From NCBI GenBank assembly GCA_963665125.2, contig CAXXUK010000001.1:448001-512000 (forward strand): DNA of 64,000 nucleotides, given 5' to 3'. The first letter of the stretch is position 1. Every line of letters begins with the position of its first letter. The notes under the pieces were generated by a model, which did no database searches, was not told where the DNA came from, and saw only the letters and a program-made list of their open reading frames with translations. The stretch is from an uncultured Desulfarculus sp. Lineage in GTDB: Bacteria > Desulfobacterota > Desulfarculia > Desulfarculales > Desulfarculaceae. The translations under genes were made by a program, and so were the position numbers. Of this stretch, positions 58,469 through 64,000 are shown in pieces.

Positions 58469-59515
58469 TTACCTTGCCGGCGGCGTTGTTTTGTTGTTCT
58501 GCGGGTCGTTTGGAAATTGGAATCTTTGGCGTATTTGCAGGCCCAGAGCCTCCTGGTCCAGGGGTTTGGCCGGATCCCAAAGGGCTGACAGGGGCAACTC
58601 CGCCCGGGCCATTGATTTGTGGCCGCCCGCCGGGCCAAGCACGCCGAACGCCCGCTGAACCATCTTTCCCGCGTCGACCCGCGCCGCGACATTGCGAACG
58701 ATGACCACGACCTTGTCTTCAAACTGCCCGCTGACCACGCAGGTGTCAATGGCGGCGATTCGCTGGAAAAAGTCGGCGATCTGCACCAGGTTGTCCGGGC
58801 TGATCACCTCGCCCATGTGGGCGAAGATGCGGCGCCCCCGCAGGATATAGCTCTCCAGGGCCGTGTGGACCAATTGCAGGTCGCTCAGGCGCATTTCGCT
58901 GAAGGTGATTTTGCGCAGCACCGATTGATTGGCCTTGGAATAGAGATAGTGGAAGGCCTTGATGTCTTCGTCCAGGGCCGGTCTGCCGAAGTTGTCGGTA
59001 TCCGTGCGGATGCCGTAGATCAGGGCGGTGGCCAACCGTTCGGAGACGTTTATGCCCGCTCCCTTGAGATATTCGGTCATTATGCTACAAGTGGCGCCGT
59101 AGCGGGGCCTGATGTCTTCGTACGTGGCCTGGCGCTGGTCGGAGGTGGGGTGGTGGTCGATAACCACGTCGATGGGCGCGTCGGGAAAAAGTTCACCGTG
59201 ACGGGGCTGGCCGTCAACGATCACCCGTTTGCTGAAGGCCGCCTGGTTGACCTCCGAGATATGTTTGATCGGAATTTGCAGCAGACGGACCATGGTCAGA
59301 TTATCGGGCCGTTTTATTTCATTGATCGTGGCGATGGTGACGCCGGCCACTTTACGCCATAGCAATCTTTTAAAGGCCAGTGCTGAACCCATGGAATCCG
59401 GGTCGGCGGCGATATAGATCAGGACATGATCATCGCTTTGGAAGATATTCAGCAAGCGCCTGGTTGCCTCGGGCAGGCTGCGCGGTTTGCCAATGTCGTT
59501 TTTATTGGGCGCCAT
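58469..59515 (-). CDS. DHH-family phosphoesterase
   Basis: ADPDSMGS, IDHH, GIRTDT, AGGH. Confidence 0.88.
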   Translation of the reverse strand: MAPNKNDIGKPRSLPEATRRLLNIFQSDDHVLIYIAADPDSMGSALAFKRLLWRKVAGVTIATINEIKRPDNLTMVRLLQIPIKHISEVNQAAFSKRVIVDGQPRHGELFPDAPIDVVIDHHPTSDQRQATYEDIRPRYGATCSIMTEYLKGAGINVSERLATALIYGIRTDTDNFGRPALDEDIKAFHYLYSKANQSVLRKITFSEMRLSDLQLVHTALESYILRGRRIFAHMGEVISPDNLVQIADFFQRIAAIDTCVVSGQFEDKVVVIVRNVAARVDAGKMVQRAFGVLGPAGGHKSMARAELPLSALWDPAKPLDQEALGLQIRQRFQFPNDPQNNKTTPPAR

Positions 59516-59745
59516 ACATTCTCACGAGTTGATTGGCCACTCTCCCCTCTACTTTCCAGAGCATACACCCAGCACTTTTCGAGGACAAGCGGTTGTGTCC
59601 CAGGGCTATAACTTGACGATTATGGGGCTTGCCGGTTATATTAATTGGCTGAACACCAAGACACGCAAAATCGCAATGCCGACCGCGACGGTGATTCACA
59701 GCGGTATGGCAGCTCTCAACAAAAGCTTCCTAGGAGACAAAACAG

Positions 59746-61251
59746 ATGAGCGACAACCTCGATTGGGGCGGCAACCCCACTCCCCTCAAGGTAATGGACC
59801 TGACCCTCCGCGACGGTACTCAGTCCCTGTTTGCCACCCGCATGCGGACCGAAGACATGATCCCCGTCGCCGAACAGATGGATGAGATCGGTTTTTGGGC
59901 CATGGAGGTTTGGGGCGGGGCTACCTTTGATTCCATGAGCCGTTTTTTGGGTGAAGATCCGTGGGAGCGTCCGCGCACCCTGCGCAAATACGCGCCGAAA
60001 ACCCCGTTCAGCATGCTGCTTCGGGGCCAGAACCTAGTCGGCTACCGCAACTACGCCGACGACGTGGCCAAGGAATTCGTCGACCTGTCCTGCGAGGCCG
60101 GCATCAACGTGTTCCGCACCTTTGACGCCCTTAACGACTACCGCAACTTCGAGGTCGTCGTCGAGCGGATCAAGGCCAACAAGCAGCATTTCCAGGGCAC
60201 CATCTGCTACAGCCTGACCGAGCGCTTCATGGGCGGCGACGTGTTCCCCCTTGAGTACTACATCGACAAGGCCAAGCAACTGGTGGCCATGGATGCCGAC
60301 AGCATCTGCATCAAGGACATGGCCGGCATCATCGCTCCGTACGACGCCTACAACCTGATCCTGGCCCTGAAGGAACACGTCAAGGTTCCGATTCACCTGC
60401 ACAGCCACTACACCAGCGGCATGGGCTCGATGACCATGCTCAAGGCCGCCGAGGCCGGCGTTGACATCATCGACACCTGCCTGGCCCCGTTCGCCCTGCG
60501 CACCAGCCACCCGGCCCTGGAGCCCATCATCGTGACCCTGGAGAACACCCCCAGAGCTACCGGCATCAGCCTGCGCAAGTGCCTGGCCATCAACGAGCAC
60601 CTGGAAAAGATCGCGCCTAAGTACCGCGACTTCATGGGCGGCAACAAGATGGCCCAGATCGACACCGGCGTGCTGGTGCATCAGGTGCCCGGCGGCATGA
60701 TCAGCAACCTGGTCAACCAGCTTCGCGAAAATAACGCCCTGCATCGCCTGGACGAGGTTTACAAGGAAGTGGCCACCTGCCGCACCGAACTGGGCACTCC
60801 GCCCCTGGTGACCCCCACCAGCCAGATCGTCGGCGTTCAGGCCGTGTTGAACGTGCTGTTCGGCAAGTACAAGCTGGTGACCAACGAGACCAAGGGCCTG
60901 GTCTACGGCCTCTACGGCAAGACCCCCACCACCCCGGATCCAGAAGTGCGGGCCAAGGTGCTCAAGGGCTACGCCCGGGGCAGCGAGCCCTTCGACGGCC
61001 GCCCGGCCGACATCCTGGACCCGGAGATGGACGCCGCCAAGGCCAGGGTCGCCGATATCCCCGGCGCCGACAAGTTCGACGTGATGACCAGCGCCATCTA
61101 CGACCAGACCGGCACCCAGTACGTGCGTATCAAGCACGGCCTGGAGCCGATGCCCGCCAACATGAAGGGCAAGACCCTGGAGGACATCGCCGCCGAGGAC
61201 AAGATTATGGCCGAGTGCAAAAAGCAGATGAAGGAAAAGCTGGCCAAATAA
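59746..61251 (+). CDS. Pyruvate/oxaloacetate carboxyltransferase (PycB/OadA/transcarboxylase 5S-like), no biotinyl domain
   Basis: TLRDGTQSLFATR, WGGATFD, LLRGQNLVGY, IKDMAG, HLHSH, QVPGGMISN, PLVTPTSQIVG; no EAMKM. Confidence 0.88.
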   Translation: MSDNLDWGGNPTPLKVMDLTLRDGTQSLFATRMRTEDMIPVAEQMDEIGFWAMEVWGGATFDSMSRFLGEDPWERPRTLRKYAPKTPFSMLLRGQNLVGYRNYADDVAKEFVDLSCEAGINVFRTFDALNDYRNFEVVVERIKANKQHFQGTICYSLTERFMGGDVFPLEYYIDKAKQLVAMDADSICIKDMAGIIAPYDAYNLILALKEHVKVPIHLHSHYTSGMGSMTMLKAAEAGVDIIDTCLAPFALRTSHPALEPIIVTLENTPRATGISLRKCLAINEHLEKIAPKYRDFMGGNKMAQIDTGVLVHQVPGGMISNLVNQLRENNALHRLDEVYKEVATCRTELGTPPLVTPTSQIVGVQAVLNVLFGKYKLVTNETKGLVYGLYGKTPTTPDPEVRAKVLKGYARGSEPFDGRPADILDPEMDAAKARVADIPGADKFDVMTSAIYDQTGTQYVRIKHGLEPMPANMKGKTLEDIAAEDKIMAECKKQMKEKLAK

Positions 61252-61274
61252 GACCGGCTCGCCATAGATGACAG

Positions 61275-61310
61275 ACAAGCCCCTGCCTTGCGGTGGGGGC
61301 TTGTTTTTTT
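61275..61310 (+). terminator. Intrinsic terminator
   Basis: acaagcccc...ggggcttgt followed by T-run. Confidence 0.8.
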
Positions 61311-61427
61311 GGGTGAAAAGCCCTTGAATGGAAATAGGCAGACCCTGGCATGATGTTAATAAAAGGTCAATGATGGCCTGTTTTGCGGCCCGCCGATGCA
61401 AAGTCGGCCGTGACATTGGAGAAAACG

Positions 61428-62003
61428 ATGAAGGTTGTTGCGTTCAACGGCAGCACTCGAACCGGCGGCAATACGGCGATAATGATCGAGCATTGCTTCG
61501 GGCCCTTGCGTGAAAGCGGCGTTGATTGCCAAATGATTCAACTGGCTTCCCATGAACTACATTACTGTCAACATTGTCTGAAATGCCGGGAGGATAAACG
61601 CGCCAAGTGCCGTCAGGTGGATGATTCCTTCAACGAACTCATCGACACGATGATTGAGGCCGACGGCGTCATTCTGGCCTGTCCGGCCTATTTTGCCGGT
61701 GTCACGCCGGAACTCAAGGCCCTAATCGACCGCACGGGCATGGTCAACATAGCAGGAGGCTTCCCCCTGGCCCGAAAGGTGGGCGCGGCCATTGTCAGTG
61801 GCCGCAGGGCGGGGCTTGTCAGCACCTTCAGCGCCATCAACAATTTGTTTTTAGCCATTAACATGATTGTGGTGGGCTCGTCATACTGGAACATCGGCTA
61901 TGGGCTGCAGCGCGGCGACGTGGAAAACGACGCCGAAGCCATGGCCACCATGGCCGACCTGGGCCGCAACATGGCTTGGACCCTTGAAAAGCTCGTGAAA
62001 TAA
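61428..62003 (+). CDS. Iron-sulfur flavoprotein / flavodoxin family
   Basis: FNGSTRTGGNT, CQHCLKC-x6-C, ACPAYF, LKALIDR, GSSYWN. Confidence 0.88.
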   Translation: MKVVAFNGSTRTGGNTAIMIEHCFGPLRESGVDCQMIQLASHELHYCQHCLKCREDKRAKCRQVDDSFNELIDTMIEADGVILACPAYFAGVTPELKALIDRTGMVNIAGGFPLARKVGAAIVSGRRAGLVSTFSAINNLFLAINMIVVGSSYWNIGYGLQRGDVENDAEAMATMADLGRNMAWTLEKLVK

Positions 62004-62106
62004 CACCAGGGGCTTGTGACAAGTCATTCACTGGTCCACAATAGGCACAGACGCCAGATGGATGGGCGCCGACAGTGACAGACGGTCATAACAACGGAGC
62101 GGTAAA

Positions 62107-62622
62107 ATGCTCGACCAAAAGATCGAAAAAGCCATCAATGGCCAGATCAACGCCGAGTTGTACTCGGCCTATCTGTACATGTCCATGGCCACCTGGTTCG
62201 ACAGCATCCAGTTGCCGGGGTTTGCCCATTGGATGCGTGTCCAGGCCCAGGAAGAGATGACCCATGCCCTGCGTTTCCATAATTATGTGAACGAAAGGGG
62301 CGGGCGGGTAATACTGGAGGCCATAGACGCGCCGCCCACCGGATGGAAGTCGCCCATCGACTGCATTCAAGCCGTGGCGGCTCACGAAGCCAAGGTTACT
62401 TCGCTGATCAACGGCCTGGTGGACCTGGCCCTGGAGGTGCGCGACCACGCCACCAACAACATGTTGCAGTGGTTCGTGGGCGAACAGGTGGAAGAGGAGG
62501 CCAGCGCCGCGGAGATCGTCGGCAAACTGCGCCTGATCGATAAAACCAGCGGCGGCCTGTTCATGCTCGACAACGAGGCTGCCGCCCGCGTATTCAATAT
62601 GCCCTTGGATCTGACCATTTAG
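62107..62622 (+). CDS. ftnA: Non-heme ferritin
   Basis: QINAELYSAYLY, QAQEEMTHA, HEAKVT, LQWFVGEQVEEE. Confidence 0.93.
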   Translation: MLDQKIEKAINGQINAELYSAYLYMSMATWFDSIQLPGFAHWMRVQAQEEMTHALRFHNYVNERGGRVILEAIDAPPTGWKSPIDCIQAVAAHEAKVTSLINGLVDLALEVRDHATNNMLQWFVGEQVEEEASAAEIVGKLRLIDKTSGGLFMLDNEAAARVFNMPLDLTI

Positions 62623-62656
62623 CGGCCCGTGGCCGAACACTTTTCAGTGGTGGTAG

Positions 62657-64000
62657 ATGATGAAAACCCGGTTCCTGATTTTCTCCCTTTTTTTGCTTTG
62701 CGCCCCGGCGGCCCAGGCCGCGGCTCCTGTCAGTGATGACACCCAAACCTGCATCGATTGCCATGTCCAGGTAACGCCCGGCATTGTGTCTGATTGGCGG
62801 GCCAGCCGCCACGCGGCCGCCACTCCCGCCCAGGCCATGAAAAAAAGCGGCGTGGAGGCCAAGATATCGGCAAAGAGCGTGCCCGGCGATCTGGCCGCCA
62901 ACGCAGTGGGCTGCGCCGAGTGCCACACCATGCGTTCCGGCAAGCATCCCGGCAGCTTTGATCACGAAGGCTTCAAGGTCCATACGGTGGTGTCGCCGGA
63001 AGACTGCGCCACCTGTCACACCGATGAGCGGACCCAGTTTAAAAACAACCTTATGGCACACGCCCGGGGCAATCTGCTTAAAAACCCTCTGTACATGGAT
63101 CTTGCCAAACAGGCCAACGGCGTGCAGACCGTGGAGGGCATGGATCTCAAGACAAAGGAGCCCACGGCAAATGATCAGGCCGAGTCGTGTTTTTACTGCC
63201 ACGGCACGGAGATCAAACCCATGGGTCTCCAGGCCAGGGAGACCGAACTGGGCGAGATGAGCTTCACCAAACTGGGCGGCTGGCCCAACCACGGGGTGGG
63301 CCGGGTGAATCCCGACGGCAGCAGGGGCTCCTGCGGGGCCTGTCACAGCCGCCACAAATTCTCCATTGCCGTGGCCCGTTCGGCCTATACCTGCGCCGAA
63401 TGCCATAAGGGCCCGGACGTACCGGCCTTCAAGGTCTACGAGGTCAGCAGGCACGGCGCGCTGTTCTTTGCCGAGCATAAGGACTGGGACATGATCGACG
63501 TGCCCTGGACCGTGGGCGAGGATTTCAATGCTCCCACCTGCGCGGCCTGCCACGTGAGCCTGCTCACCGATTCGGAAGGCACGGTGATCGCCCAACGGAC
63601 CCACGCCATGAGCGACCGCATCTGGGTGAGGCTGCTGGGGCTTGTTTGTTCACATCCCCACCCCAAGAACCCTGATACCAGCATTATCAAAAGCAGCGAC
63701 GGTTTGCCCCTGGCCACTTCCCTGGACGGCAAACCCGCCGGTAAGTATCTCATCGGTTCGGAAGAACAGGCCCGGCGCAGGCTGGCCATGCGCGACATTT
63801 GCCAGGCCTGTCACAGTGAACAGTGGGCCGAAGGCCAGCTAAAGCGCATCGACAGCACCAACGCCTCGGCCGACGCCATGGTCCTGGCGGCAACCAAGCT
63901 GGTGCAAACGGCCTGGCATAAGGGCTTGGCCAAGGGGCCGGCCCAGGGCGGCAGCCCATTTGACGAGTATGTGGAGCGCCTGTGGGTGGACCAGTGGTTG
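62657..64000 (+). CDS. Octaheme cytochrome c, hydroxylamine oxidoreductase (HAO)-like family; truncated by window end
   Basis: Manual translation: signal peptide MMKTRFLIFSLFLLCAPAAQA, then CIDCH, CAECH, CATCH, CFYCH, CGACH, CAECH, CAACH, CQACH; GVGRVNPDGS.GSC, APTC. Confidence 0.88.
   Translation, partial: MMKTRFLIFSLFLLCAPAAQAAAPVSDDTQTCIDCHVQVTPGIVSDWRASRHAAATPAQAMKKSGVEAKISAKSVPGDLAANAVGCAECHTMRSGKHPGSFDHEGFKVHTVVSPEDCATCHTDERTQFKNNLMAHARGNLLKNPLYMDLAKQANGVQTVEGMDLKTKEPTANDQAESCFYCHGTEIKPMGLQARETELGEMSFTKLGGWPNHGVGRVNPDGSRGSCGACHSRHKFSIAVARSAYTCAECHKGPDVPAFKVYEVSRHGALFFAEHKDWDMIDVPWTVGEDFNAPTCAACHVSLLTDSEGTVIAQRTHAMSDRIWVRLLGLVCSHPHPKNPDTSIIKSSDGLPLATSLDGKPAGKYLIGSEEQARRRLAMRDICQACHSEQWAEGQLKRIDSTNASADAMVLAATKLVQTAWHKGLAKGPAQGGSPFDEYVERLWVDQWL

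Noticed and set aside
62594..63604. 336-aa minus-strand ORF
   Set aside because: Antisense to the octaheme cytochrome gene on the plus strand.

Overview
GC-rich chromosomal window from an anaerobic bacterium, inferred from gene content to be Desulfobacterota/deltaproteobacterial. It is mostly housekeeping and energy metabolism: leuS-lptE-holA, rpsT, murJ, hisB/hisA, thrC, rlmH, purC, mdh, lepB, RNase P RNA, tRNA-Ile2(CAT), tRNA-Ala(CGC), a periplasmic [NiFe] hydrogenase operon, a ChlI/ChlD-type chelatase pair, two sigma54 activators, two chemoreceptors, TldD/PmbA, a two-ArsR metal/metalloid permease-thioredoxin cluster, ferritin, and an octaheme HAO-family cytochrome that runs off the right end and is missing from the ORF track. 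No integrase, transposase or CRISPR array was seen. The best candidate for an undescribed system is a compact putative RiPP locus at 44.9-46.6 kb. It has a 20-aa Cys-rich ORF (MKIKKIVRTQRGLCKCKSSC) with its own promoter, operator-like palindrome, RBS and terminator, followed by an 8-Cys small protein and an RRE-like/radical SAM/SPASM enzyme. Also notable: a 19-residue-repeat solenoid-like protein next to a MinD/FlhG-like ATPase, a Tat-signal TldD, a sensor-less kinase with an ANTAR partner, and structured intergenic repeats at 7.1-8.1 kb and 46.6-46.9 kb. All calls come from motif recognition by eye; no database searches were run.
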